Shown: piece by piece, positions 26,264 through 39,418 of the stretch
Layout of the letters: each line of letters begins with the position of its first letter
Numbering within the stretch: the stretch's first letter is position 1
Source: Conidiobolus incongruus B7586
Taxonomy: Eukaryota
Reading direction: 5' to 3'
NCBI GenBank assembly: GCA_000697335.1
Contig: JNEM01008402.1
Location: 1-45,514, forward strand
DNA: 45,514 bases
Notes under the pieces: model-generated
Told to the model about the DNA's origin: nothing
Database searches by the model: none
What the model saw: the letters and a program-made list of their open reading frames with translations, nothing else
Translations under genes and position numbers: made by a program

Positions 26264-29241
26264 ATGACCACAGCTATTAGTTCAGCTTCTGGCCTTTTGT
26301 CTTTACTTGATGAATCACAATCCGAGGTCCAAGTTTACGCTCTTAAAGAATTAAATGCTATTTTAGATCAATTTTGGGTAGAAATTTCCGATTCTATCGC
26401 CAAAATAGAAATTCTTTACGAATCTGAGGGGTTCGAACAACGTCAATTGGCCGCTTTAGTAGCTTCTAAAGTTTATTTTCATTTGGGAGAATATGAAGAA
26501 TCTTTATCTTTCGCTTTAGGTGCTAAAGAGCTTTTCGATTTGTCAGACAAGAGTCTCTACGTTGAAACTATTATTGGTAATAATTTCCATATTTATTTAT
26601 GATTTTATCTAATTTTAAATTTATTAATTTAGCTCAAGCTATTCAAAAATATATTTCTTTACGTCAAGAAGCTTATGCTGACCCTAAAAATGCCCCTGCT
26701 ATTGATATTCGTTTGAAATCCGTTGTTGAAAAGATGTTTAATCGTTGTATTCAAGAAAAAGAATACAAACAGGTCAGTTTCAAAGTCAATCATTGTAGTT
26801 CCTTCATTAAATCAAATCTTTAGGCTATTGGTATTGCTATTGAGAGTCATCGCTTAGATATTCTTGATACTGTAGTTTCAGTGGGAGACGCACAAGAGTT
26901 ACTTCAATATGTCTTAAACATTGCTCTTACTTTAGTTCGTCATATTCAATACAGAGATGAAATTTTAACCAAATTGGTTGATATGTTTCTTCATTTGCCT
27001 AACCCTGACTATCTCTCAGTCAGTCAATGCTATGTTTATTTAAACGACCCCATTTCTAGCTCTCAATTGATCAAGAAATTGATTGCTGAGGAAAGTACCA
27101 ACGAAAATAATATTTTAACTGCTTATCAAATTGCCTTCGATTTGAGAGATTCAGCTACTCAACACTTTATTAATCAATTATTGAACGATTTCGTTCCTGT
27201 CACAGGCGAAGAGCTCAAAGATTTTTCTGATATTGATTCAATTCCCGTCGATGATTACGTCGCACGCATTAGATATATTTTAACTGGCGAACTTGGTACC
27301 AGATTATATCTCGAATTTTTGAGTCGTCACAACCATGTCGATCTTTCCATTTTGCGTAATACTAAACACTCTATGGATTCTCGTAACTCTTTATGCCATT
27401 CAGCTCTCTCCTTTGCCAATGCATTCATGCATTGTGGTACTACCAGTGACCAATTTTTGAGAATGAATCTTGAATGGCTTTCCAGAGCTACCAACTGGTC
27501 CAAATTTACTGCTACTGCTGCCTTGGGTGTTATTCATAAGGGAAATATTCAAAACAGTATGAAATTATTGACTCCTTATCTTCCTCAAGAAGGATCTAAT
27601 GGTAGTCCCTACTCCGAAGGTGGTGCTCTCCTTGGTCTTGGTTTTATTCACTCCAATCACGGTTCTGGTGTTTTACCCTATCTTCTCGAATCTTTGAAAA
27701 ATGCTAAAGTTGAAGTTATTCAACATGGTGCCGCTTTAGGTTTGGGCGTTGCTGGTATTGCTACTGATGATGAAGATATCTATGAAGCTCTCAAAGGTGT
27801 TTTATTCACTGATAGCGCTGTTGCTGGTCAAGCTGCCGGTTTAAGTATGGGTTTAATTATGCTTGGAACTGGATATACTCATGTTATCAATGAAATGCTG
27901 CAATATGCTCATGAAACTCAACACGAAAAAATTATTATGGGATTAAGCGTTGGTATTTCTTTAATCAACTATGGTCTACAAGAAAAGGCTGATCCCATCA
28001 TTGATCAATTATGCAGCGATAAAGATCACTTACTTCGTTATGGTGGTATGTACACTATTGCTATGGCCTATTGTGGCACTGGTGATAATAAGATGATCCG
28101 TCGTTTACTTCACGTTGCTGTTAGCGATGTCAGTGATGATGTTCGTCGTGCTGCTGTCACTGCCCTTGGTTTCATTCTTTTCAAGACTCCTGAACAGGTT
28201 CCTCGTGTTGTTCAACTTCTTTCTGAAAGTTACAATCCTCATGTCCGTTATGGTGCTACCTTGGCTTTAGGTATCTCTTGCGCTGGTACTGGATTAGCTG
28301 AAGCTATTGAAATCTTAGAACCTATGACCAAAGATCCCATGGACTACGTTCGTCAAGGTGCTTTAATTGCTCTGGCCATGGTTCTCATTCAACAAACAGA
28401 TGCTTCTAACCATAAGGTTGGTGTTGTTCGCAAGCTTTATGAATCTATTTTATCTGATAAGCATGAAGATTTGATGGCCAAGTTTGGTGCTTCTCTTGGT
28501 CAAGGTATTATTGATGCTGGTGGCAGAAATCTTACTATCTCTCTTCAATCTCAACTGGGTTGCATTAACATGCCAGCAATCGTTGGTATGGCCTTATTCA
28601 CTCAATTCTGGTTTTGGTTCCCAATGGCTCACTTTATCTCTTTGGCTTTCAAACCCACTACCATTATTGGTATTGACCAAAATCTCAAAGTTCCTGAATT
28701 CTCCTTCAAATCTAATGCTCGTCCCTCTTTATTTGCTTATCCACCCAAATTCAAGGCTCCTACCACTAGTGTTGTAGAAAAGGCCGCTACTGCAGTCCTT
28801 TCGACCACAGCTAAAGCTAAGGCCAGAGCTAAGAAGCGTGAAAAGTCACAGGATATTGATGCTATGGATGTCGATGAAAAGACAGAAAATCCTACTGTCG
28901 AAGAACCCAAGCCCATAAAATCCAAGAAAGAAGATAAGGATCAAGCCACATCTGCCGATCAAACATCTGAAACTGTTTCCAATATGCATCGTGTTGTTCC
29001 CTTCCAAATCCAGCATATTCAATTCTTGGATTCCAGTAGATACCAACCCATCAAACAGCCAGTTGGAGGTTTCATAATGCTCGCGGACAAGAAGCCCCAT
29101 AGACCTCCTCGCTACATATACCCCAAACCTCCCTCCGAAAAGAAGGAAGAGAAGAAGGCTGCCGCCATTTCAGAAGCTGCTTCCACATCAGCTCAACCAG
29201 CTGCTCCCACTACACAAGAGTCCAGTGGAAACACCGAATGA
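26264..29241 (+). CDS. RPN2: 26S proteasome regulatory subunit Rpn2/PSMD1, 3 exons: 26264-26576, 26633-26772, 26824-29241
   Basis: SASGLLSLLDE..DQFWVEISD, TTSDQFLRMNLEWLSRATNWSKFTATAALGVIH, PC repeats, QFWFWFPMAHF, AVLSTTAKAKAR. Confidence 0.96.
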
Positions 29242-30741
29242 GTAATTGCAAAATGCAAATGACTTTTTATATTATAAAATATTTTGATTAATTTTTTTAT
29301 TATCTAAAATGTGTAATCGACTTATATTATGTTGCTATTTTTATTTATTGATAATATAATATATCAAAAATGTTTTAGACTCATAATATTATTTATATTT
29401 CCTAGAATTGGGCAAAATATTCAAATTTGGCTAATTTTCAATTGAGCTTTTTCGAATTCGAATCATATTTGATATAATTAATAATCGATTAATAGATTGA
29501 AATTTTTTTTTGTAAAATTATTTTTAATAACTTTAAGTAGTAAAAATATTAAATGAATAATTGAATAAATTTTAATGTTTAATTCCAGTATCTTAATTTT
29601 GAAAAATCATGTTAAAATGTCGCAAACTTGAGATAGTTTTAATATTGTATTCACAATAAATTAACATTTTAATATAATTAAAATATTAAATTGATTATCA
29701 TCATCATGGTATATAAAATATCTTTAAAACATTTATAATTTTTACCTTATTAAACTAATTTAAACTTATTATTAATAATGGGATGACATTGTGATAAAGA
29801 AAAATGAAATATGTTAAATCATTTTCAACAAGTAATGAAATTTCATTAATCTTTTTTAGCAATTGTAAATCATTTTGGTTAATACACTCATCATTATTTG
29901 AATATTAATAAACATATATACAATTATCATTAAAAAGCAAAGCTTAATGAATATTTTGGGATATATTATGATCTAATCAATTATTATAAATCGATATATA
30001 AATTATATTATAGATATTAAAAATATAGTTTCAACTCTCAAAATTTGATAAAAAACGAACTATTTATATATTGAATATGATTCAAGTTTCTTTAATTGAT
30101 AAATATAAGTATTCATTTTTATAAGTGTTATATTAATATCAACGAATTGATCATTGATTATATTTACTCAATAATAGTTATTTTTACTATTTTTTATAAT
30201 ATTGAAAAGAATATTATTATGAATGGTAAAATAACTTTTTTAGTTAAACTAATTTTTTAAATTTTGAATAAATATATTGAGTGATATCAAAACAGTAATA
30301 TTCATTCAATATCATTAGCTTATAATATATTAATTACTTATCAATATTCTATGAAGTATCGAATAATTACGCATTTCAAATACCATTCCATTAACAGTAA
30401 CAAAACATGAAATTTGGATTAAAATTCGACAACCACAAAAAAAAACCAAAAGTTTACCCATAAAATCAAAAGTTAGATACCAAATTAATATTCATGGACT
30501 CGTTTTGAACCCAAAAATTCAATTCACAATTCTTATCTGTGAAAAAAATATATATTAACCTAAAATCAATATTTAGGTTGAACTTATTCAACTCTCCCTC
30601 TCACCTAAAAATAATTCTTAAATTATATATCTATACATTAATTATAAATATTTTAGTTAGTTTGATTCTAATAAAATCTATAATAATTGATAATTGGATT
30701 GATATATTAAATTTTTAAATAATTAAAAGAATATTTAAAAT

Positions 30742-33700
30742 ATGTCGGATGCTAAATATTTTCAAAGAGGTAAATATAAAAAGATATATATATATATTAT
30801 TAATAATGATCCATACTATTTCTTTTAAAATGTTATTGACTCATATTTTTATAGGTAAAATTCAGGAGCTTAGAAGTGAGTTAAACTCAGATAAAAGAGA
30901 TCCTAAATTCGTCAAAAAGAAGACTACTTTAAAGAAAATAGTAGCAAATATGACTATGGGGAACGATATGTCCGGTTTATTTCAAGATGTGGTGGGTTGT
31001 ATGAATTTGAATATTCTAGAAATTAAAAAGATGGTGTATTTGTACCTTATTAACTATTCCAAATCCAAACCCGAGCAGGCTGCCCAAGCTGCTCACTACT
31101 TTTTGAGAGATGCTAGTGATCCCAACCCCTTAATTAGGGCTTTGGCTCTTAGGACTATGGGGTATATTCACGTGGATAAGATTACCGAGAGTTTGATAGA
31201 ACCTTTGAGGCAAGGCTTACAAGATCAAGATCCCTACGTGAGAAAGACCGCTGCCGTTTGTGTTGCTAAATTGTATATCCACAATCGTCAATTGGTGAAT
31301 GATGAGGGCTTTATCCCGATGCTTAAGGACCTTTTACTCGATCCCAATCCAGCTGTCGTTGCCAATGCTGTGTCATCTCTCGCCGAAATATCCGAAAGGT
31401 CTCCCGATCTGACACTGCAACTGAATATGCGCATTGCTAGTAAACTCATCGCTGCTTTGAACGAATGTTCGGAATGGGGTCAAGCTTACGTCTTAGATAC
31501 TTTACTTTACGTCGTTCCCCAAGAGCCTGGAGATGCCGAAATGTTAGCAGAACGTATTGCACCTCGTCTCCAGCATGCCAACTCCAGCGTTGTGTTAAAT
31601 GCCATTAAATTGATTATTTACCTGATGAATTATATGGGGAACGAACAAGATGTCAAAAACTTTACCAAAAAACTGTCACCTCCTCTCGTCACTTTATTAT
31701 CTAGCGGTCCCGAAGTACAATACGTGGTCCTTCGTAACATTTTACTCATCATTCAAAAGCATCCAACCATACTTCAGGGCGAAATCAAGGTGTTCTTCTG
31801 TAAATATAACGATCCCATCTATGTTAAGTTAGCCAAATTGGAAATCATCTTCAGACTGACCACTGCCGAAAATGTGAATCAAGTGTTGAGCGAATTGGTC
31901 GAATACGCCTCAGAAGTCGATGTCGATTTCGTCAGAAAGTCAGTGAGAGCCATTGGACGTCTCGCCATCAAGATTCCCTCAGCTACTCAGAAGTGTATCT
32001 CATCCTTACTCGATCTAATTCAAACTAAGGTTAATTATGTTGTTCAAGAAGGTATTGTCGTCATCAAGGACATCTTTAGAAAGTATCCCAACAAGTACGA
32101 AAGTATCATTGGCAAATTATGTGAAAACCTAGATACATTGGACGAGCCCGAAGCTAAAGCTGCCATGATTTGGATTCTTGGTCAATATGCCGATCGTATC
32201 GAGAATTCTGATGAAATTTTGGATGGCTTCTTAGAAAACTTTTTGGAAGAAACACCCGAAGTACAATTATCGCTACTAACAGCAGTAGTCAAATTATTTA
32301 TCAAGAGACCGACAGCTGGTCAAAATCTTGTCCCCAAAGTGTTGAAATGGTCTACCGACGAAGTAGACAATCCCGATTTGAGAGACCGAGGATTTATTTA
32401 TTGGCGTCTCTTGTCCGTTGACCCAGCAGCCGCTAAAACCATTGTGCTCTCAGAGAAACCTGAAATTTCTACAGAAACTGAAAACATTGAAAAGACACTA
32501 TTGGATGAACTTTTATTTCATATTTCTACCCTGTCTTCTGTTTATCACAAAGTTCCCGGGTCATTTATCCCCAATGCTAAGCCTAGATATCTCATTCAAT
32601 CTAAAGTTTTATACTGCTTGGTTTATAAAGGAGATAATGAAAATGACAAGCAATCTGCTCCTACTCAAAAACAAATTCAACAAGCTCCCATTGAAGAACA
32701 GCAAACTACATTCCCTCAAACCTTTGATACTAATAACTTTAACAATGATATCAACTTGGATAATGACTTTTTCAATAATGACTATGTCAATACAGCTGCT
32801 CCTGTTCGCAACAACCATATGGTTGATCTTTTGGAATTTGATGATGGTAATTTCGACTCACCAATGGGCCAAATTTCATCCACTGTGGACTATGGCAACT
32901 CTGAAATGGCCCAATCCAATATCTCTTACGAATCCAACTTACTTGGCCAAAGTGGTTACAACTCTGTGTCATCCATTACTGGTGCCAACATGGCTACCCC
33001 TTACGATCCCTATAAGTCTAGTCAGTTCCCAGGCTATGCTACCAGCAAGAGTATTTTTGGTTTGAATGACGACTCCAATTCCAATTCCTTGATCCTTGGT
33101 CAAAACCCTTCATTAACACCAAACAATGCCAACTCACCCTTCGCATCCCACTCTCAATCTGGCCAATTCTCCCAATCCAATTACAATTCATTCTCCGACT
33201 TCAACACTACCTCCAACTCCTCATTCTACACCGCCAACGCATCTCAGTCCATGACCACTTCCTCAACATCCAACTTCGATCTCCTTTCCGACTTTTCATC
33301 TAATACTATAGGTGGGTCCAGTTCAAACTTCAATTCTGTTGCTTCCAGAAGTAATTCCACTCCATTTGACAATTCCTCTTCGTTAATGGGAGATAATAGC
33401 TTGAATTCTTATCCTATCAGAAGTCATACTACTCCATTTGACAAATCTCAGAATTTGATTAACGATTTGGGTAAGTATTAGAATAACTTTCAAATAATCA
33501 TAGTCTGACGTTTTGTTTAACATAGGCTTAGGTATTGATCATTCCAGTTATTCCAAGATTGACAATGATCCCCGGTCCACTTCCCTTTTCACAACTCCTA
33601 ACGTTAATCAATCCGATTTCTTATCCAACAGTATGAATAACTTGGCTTTGGAAACTGCTTATGTTGCTCCTAAGACTAAATTGTTAGACGCTCAATCCAG

Positions 33701-34417
33701 TCAAGGTTTAGAGATTTTTGGCACGTTCGCTCGTAGGAAAGGTCAAATCCAAATGGAATTACGTCTCGTCAACCGTAACAACGTCCCCTTGTCAGACTTT
33801 GCCCTCCAATTCAACAAGAACCCATACGGTATCACACTGAAGGATCCTCTATACGTCCCAACGCCTCTCGCTCCCATGCAAAGTCACGATGTAGTGGTCA
33901 ACTTGAGTCGCAATGGACCCACAGGACCTTGCACGCCTCCCAATCTACTTCAACTGGCATTCAAATCCAACCTGGGAATATTCTACACGCAGACCACTGT
34001 TTCATTGCATGTACTTTTCAGCGAAGAAGGCTGCCTAGACCAAACGGATTTCCTCAACCAATGGCATCAGTGGTCCGATATGGAAGAACGACGCTTTGAG
34101 GTGTATGGCATCCCATCCATCCCCAGTGTCAAGGCACTCAGGAATAAGTTGCATCTAAACAATGTGTTCACTGTTGCGGATCGTAATATCGATGGCAAGG
34201 TAATTCATCCTCATATACTTATATTACAATTCAATTAATATATTTCGTTTAGAACTATTTATTCATTTCACTCCAACTCGACGACTCTACCCTCTTCCTC
34301 GTCGAACTCACATTCTCTCAAATTCCGGTGACTTCGTGCTCCGTTAGCATCAAACCTAGCAATCATCCATCCGTTCAATTGGTGAACGAAGCTTTGCAAA
34401 ATATTTTAAAATCTTAA
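30742..34417 (+). CDS. APL1: AP-2 adaptor complex beta subunit (beta-adaptin), 4 exons: 30742-30769, 30855-33470, 33526-34199, 34253-34417
   Basis: [34 protein letters not shown] is a fungal AP-2 beta-type N-terminus. It is followed by the adaptin trunk ([28 protein letters not shown]), a long S/N-rich hinge, and appendage domains ([23 protein letters not shown]). AP-2 versus AP-1 was judged by eye. Confidence 0.88.
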
Positions 34418-34639
34418 TTTAATAATATTAAAATTGTAATGGATTTATTTACCAATTATATTGAGTTTTAATATATTGCTTTTCTTATCAATATGCAATG
34501 ATTGAAATTTTGTTGTTTTTTCGGTTTAATTCAAATATTTTTGCCTTAAAACCGTGATGGTATCATCGAATCATAAATTAGCAATTTAATATATTGATTA
34601 TTAATGATTTAATAATGGCAAAATGTTTTTAAACAAATA

Positions 34640-34645
<6 letters not shown>

Positions 34646-34676
<31 letters not shown>
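34646..34676. repeat. (AT)n microsatellite
   Basis: About 15 AT units. Confidence 0.85.
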
Positions 34677-34679
<3 letters not shown>

Positions 34680-34887
34680 AGATAACATCAAAGAATTTCT
34701 AATTATCAAATTATATCAATTAATTTTTTAAATATTTTATATTTTAAAATTTCATTCTAAAGTTTACAGTTTAATTCTCTTTTAGAAATTTGTGATTTTA
34801 AGTTACACAAACAAATCATTTGAATTTCAATATAAATTATGAAATGACCACGAAACATTGAATTTTATTTTTAAATTATAAAATACA

Positions 34888-36078
34888 ATGGTTCATAATC
34901 CCAAACAATTTTATCAGCCTATTAAAATCCCACCAGGTCAAGTTGTATTAAAAGACGATGAAACAGTAGACACTATTCCAAAGTTATTGCAGCCTATCAC
35001 CATCAAGTCAGTTACCTTGGCTAACAGATCAGTTGTGAGTCCCATGTGTATGTACTCCAGCGAAGATGGTTACTTAACCGATTTCCATCTCGTACACTAC
35101 GGAAGATTCGCCTTGGGTGGAGCTGGTTTAATTATTGTAGAAGCTACCGCAGTACAACCCAATGGAAGGATTACACCTAACTGTGCAGGTATCTACTACG
35201 ACGATCACGTGCCCACCCACAAGAGAGTGGTGGATTTCGTTCATAATGTTGGAGGCAAGATCGGGATTCAAATCGGGCACGCCGGTCGTAAGGCGAGTAC
35301 GCTACCGCCATTTCACGAACGTTCCAGAGGAATCGCTTACGCCGAGGATGGTGGCTGGTCCAACGTCGTAGGTCCAAGTGACGAGATTTGGGCCCAGCAG
35401 GGATTCTTACCGCCTCAAGAGCTTACGAAAGAACAAATTAAAGAGCTCATTGAGGCGTTCAAAGATGGTGCCAGACGAGCCAACGAAGCTGGCTATGATG
35501 TATTAGAACTGCACGGTGCTCACGGCTACTTGATCCACTCCTTTGTGAGTCCCATATCGAATCACAGGACCGACGAGTACGGCGGCAGTTTCGACAACCG
35601 TGTGCGATTCCTTTTGGAGATCGTCGATGCTGTCAACCTCGTATGGCCTCAGAACAAGCCCCTATTTGTGCGCTTGAGCTGCACTGACTGGGTAGATGCC
35701 AGCGACACTTGGGATTTGGACCAAACCGTCCAGTTGAGCCAACTTCTCAAACAAAAGAATGTTGATCTGATCGATTGTTCATCTTCTGGAAACTCTCCAC
35801 TCCAAAAGATCCCAGCTGCTCCAGGGTTCCAAGTACCATTTGCCGAACGTATTCGTAAGGATGTAGGAATTTTGACTGGTGCTGTAGGACTCATCACCAC
35901 CGCCAAGGATGCTAATAAATATTTAGAAGATGGCAAAGCTGACTTAATTTTTATGGCGCGTGAATACTTGAGGGATGATGCTTTCGTCAATACTGCTGGT
36001 CTCGAATTGGGTGTTCATGTGAAGTGGTCCAACCAATTTGAGAGAGGAAGGCCTCGACCTAAGCATGAAGCTTTTTAA
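34888..36078 (+). CDS. NADH:flavin oxidoreductase / Old Yellow Enzyme, YqjM/NamA-like
   Basis: NRSVVSPMCMYS, IQIGHAGRKAS, ELHGAHGYLIHSF.SP.SN.RTDEYGGSFDNRVRF, PGFQVPFAERIR. Intronless. Confidence 0.93.
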   Translation: MVHNPKQFYQPIKIPPGQVVLKDDETVDTIPKLLQPITIKSVTLANRSVVSPMCMYSSEDGYLTDFHLVHYGRFALGGAGLIIVEATAVQPNGRITPNCAGIYYDDHVPTHKRVVDFVHNVGGKIGIQIGHAGRKASTLPPFHERSRGIAYAEDGGWSNVVGPSDEIWAQQGFLPPQELTKEQIKELIEAFKDGARRANEAGYDVLELHGAHGYLIHSFVSPISNHRTDEYGGSFDNRVRFLLEIVDAVNLVWPQNKPLFVRLSCTDWVDASDTWDLDQTVQLSQLLKQKNVDLIDCSSSGNSPLQKIPAAPGFQVPFAERIRKDVGILTGAVGLITTAKDANKYLEDGKADLIFMAREYLRDDAFVNTAGLELGVHVKWSNQFERGRPRPKHEAF

Positions 36079-36285
36079 TTAGTTTATCAATATAAATCAC
36101 TAATTTAACAACTTTAGTTGATGACTGATATTATTTAATATACATGTTATATATTTTTAATGATTACGTTAATAATAATTAATTTATTTAATAATATATA
36201 ATATTAATTTTTATATTAATCAATTTTAAATTATATAAATTATTGTAATTTCATTAAAAATGATTATATTACATCAATATTTCAA

Positions 36286-37907
36286 TTATTTTGAATTTTC
36301 AATAACAATACCTAAAAGTTCCCAAGCTCTATGAAATTCTTTGGAAGTTAACTCATCAGTTTGATAATTTTTGCGTAATACTTTAAACATCGACTGCAAA
36401 ATATCTTCCAAGTTGGAATCGTCTTCATCATCGTCTTCCGGATTGAAACCCTTGAAAATTTTTATATTGAGATGGTTTGATTGAATGGTTTGCTTCAGGC
36501 CTTCAAAAGTTATCGTATCACTGTTTTTAGGGAAGAATAATTCCAGTGTTTCAGATATTAATTTCGTTGGCAATTTGTCAATATTCTTTAACTTGTTGCG
36601 GGAATTAGATAGGTTGGGGCTTTTGGAAGACGATCCCGACGTCCTGAAATCATTTATACGGAATTTGCGTCGTTCTTTCGTCAGATCTGGCATCTCTGAA
36701 CCCCATCCTGGTAGTCTTATAACCTAATATTAATTAGTATTGGTGCTAATTTATATTTTGAATAAATTACAATTGCACTACAATTATCTTGTGCCCCGAA
36801 CATTTCAGCTAATTTCACTACTTCTACAGCCGCTGATGTGGGATCGGGACAGGTTTTTATCTAAATTAAAGAATTAAGATGAAAAGCTGATCAATTATGA
36901 AATCATAATGAAATTACAATATCAACAATCTCCTGGTCCGAAATAACTGATAAAATCCCATCCGTTACCAAAGTTAAAAAAGCCAAATCGTCTCCACTAT
37001 AATTCCTCGAGGTGGTATCAGGCTCAGCAATCACTCCATATTTTTTGGCGGATAAATCACCAAATGCTCGGGTGTTGGCGAATTTCCCCATTGTCATATC
37101 TTCGCCAAACGAGTCGGTGATGATGAACCCGCCCAGGGATTTGATTCTAGCTCGCTCTTTCGGTAGGGAGGGATGGTGCTCCACCGATATGACTTCGGAT
37201 CTTCCTGTCTTGGTGTGGCAAACGATAGCCCTAACCAATTAATCAGTGTAATTATACAAAAGGTATAAAAATTACCTAGTATCTCCCACATTAGCCAACG
37301 TAATCGTATATTTCTTTGATTCCCAAAAGGGCAAATCGTCCACTGTCTTAATAATAGCTGTCGCAGCAGTCGCGCCTCCTACCAATTTTTTCTCTCTAAT
37401 TTGCCAGTCGATATCGAGGTAGGTGAGACTTAACAACTGCTCAAGTGTGAGTGGCCTATCACTCAATTTGGTATCCACCCTATTCCTCAACGTAATGGGC
37501 GCATACTTATTCCACTTGGGACCCAACCCCCTATAATTTTCAATGATTTGCTTCAAATCCTTAGGTTCAATACTCTCTAGTCTCTGGGGTAATTTGCACA
37601 CCAGATGATCGACGCATTGAGAACCCCCATGCCCATCAAATAGTCCCGCGAATACCAAATTCTGAGCTGGAAACCCTTTTATACTGAGTGCTCGCACGTT
37701 ATATCGGTCCTCGTTGTATTCTCTATTGTTTCGCGTCGACCTGATACCGATCAAGTGGTTGGAATTGTGTAAATTCACTTTGAGGTTGGGATTACTCCCA
37801 GGTATATAGTGATTAAAGCCATTATCAACGTTCTGGGAATAGAATCGAATAATGTAAGAAGAGATTGGTTTAATTTTTTTAATATTATTGAGTAATAGTT
37901 TTGCCAT
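36286..37907 (-). CDS. Mitochondrial PP2C-family phosphatase (Ptc6/Aup1-like) with C-terminal extension, 4 exons: 37907-37276, 37230-36918, 36860-36771, 36723-36286
   Basis: Basic presequence, REYNEDR, LFDGHGG, ANVGDTR, HHP..PKE..RI, NTRAFGD, LVTDG, AQDNCSAIVIRLPGWG. GT-AG introns join the three track ORFs in frame. Confidence 0.88.
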
Positions 37908-38036
37908 TTTGTTAGAGAGAATGATGATGAATTAAAACTAGTAGAGTTGATTTATCATAAATGAAAGTTTGAAACATGTGACTTTGAAATGATGTCATTA
38001 ATTGTAATTTAAAAAGGTTTTGAGGAAATTCGACAA

Positions 38037-38108
38037 GACGTGTTGGCACAATGGTAGCGCGTCCGCCTCCAGAGCGGAAGGCTGGGAGTTCGAGTCTCTC
38101 ACGCGTCA
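38037..38108 (+). tRNA. tRNA-Trp (anticodon CCA), intronless
   Basis: Acceptor stem GACGTGT/ACGCGTC, D arm GCAC-AATGGTA-GCGC, anticodon stem TCCGC/GCGGA with loop CTCCAGA, T arm GGGAG-TTCGAGT-CTCTC. T-rich tract downstream. Confidence 0.92.
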
Positions 38109-38835
38109 TTTCATTTATTCATCTCAATTATTGTCTCTTTTTGCATTTTCTTTTTCATTTTTTATTTAACACTTACTTAATTCATTTGATATTTTTTACA
38201 ACAAACTTATTCATTTTTAACCTTCACATTATATTATAGTCATGAATTTTTTATATTTTATAATTTTGATTAATTAAATCAATAAATCTAAAATTATTGA
38301 AATCAAGAGTGTAATTTACAAATTATACAAATCTTAATATTAATTCAATAAATATAATATTTTATATAGTGTTTTTATCATGAATTTCCTAAATTAAAAT
38401 TGATATAAAAACAAAATGACTATAAGATATTATTCAAATATATTTTGTTGATAAACTTTGAAACATATTATTAAAATTTGTATATTAATTTTTTAAAATT
38501 TTTAATAAAATTATCCTTAATATGATATAAAATTTAGAAATTTGAAACTTTGGTTAAATTTAAATATATATATTTCATTGCTCTAGATTATAAAGATATT
38601 GAATTACTATGAATTATATAGTTTTTTGATTGTTATAATTTGTTGTTTTAATTTTATTTTTTATTTAATATGCCATTCCCAGAATCTCCTTTGGTCTTGA
38701 GCATTCCTTATAATATTTTATCAAGGCCTAAATAAATCATGACTTTAAACATATATACTTCAATATATTTTTATAATAATATTTAATTGGAATAAATATA
38801 GTATTAAATACAATATTATCATATTTAATCTATTA

Positions 38836-39400
38836 TGAACATTTCTGAATATTCTTGGTATTAAAATACTTTGATAGCTATGAATCTGATTAAGTAGTTT
38901 ATATATCAAAATAAAATTAATAGGGTTAAAATCATATAAATTTCAAATAAATCTAGACTTTATTTGATGTTTAGTATCATATAATTTTAATTTCAGAGAA
39001 AGCAATATATGGCCCAAAAACAAAGCTTGTTATATTAAAAATAAGACCTTGAATAATAAGTCTAATATCTCAAAAAATCCTTGATAATAAAATTATTTTG
39101 ATTATCAATTCAAAATTATAAATATTATGGCTTCAAAATATCATTAAAACATATTTATAAAGCAATTATCTATAAGTCATTATTGCCTATAAAAAGAAGC
39201 TTTGTTATAATAAATTTAAACTTTATAATTTAATCGTGAATAAAACTAATATAAAACTTATAGCTTTAAGGCAAAACATTCAAAAGTATATTATAACAAA
39301 ACAATATATTAATAATTCTTTCGTAAAATATAATTATTATACACTAAAGAACATAGAATTGAATTCAAAAAAATAAATTAAATATAATTTAATGAAAAAT
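38836..39400 (+). pseudogene. tnpA: IS607-family TnpA serine recombinase relic
   Basis: NRVKII*ISNKSRLY (38919-38963, cf. IRTPGGxRLY); KACY.. then DLE**V*YLK (39045-39074, cf. CYARVSS..DLERQVxYLK); NYKYYGF (cf. NYKRxGF); VIIAYKKKLCYNKFKL (from 39176, cf. VVVAYKDRLCRFGFEL). Confidence 0.72.
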
Positions 39401-39418
39401 AATCTTAAAGAAATTTAT

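Noticed and set aside
33513..34238. 241-aa ORF as an independent gene
   Set aside because: It is exon 3 of the beta-adaptin gene (appendage domain).
36286..36693. 135-aa ORF as an independent gene
   Set aside because: It is in frame with the last exon of the PP2C gene via a GT-AG intron (36770-36724).
37912..38239. Two small ORFs of 65 and 62 aa
   Set aside because: They overlap the tRNA-Trp gene and its T-rich flank, so they are spurious.
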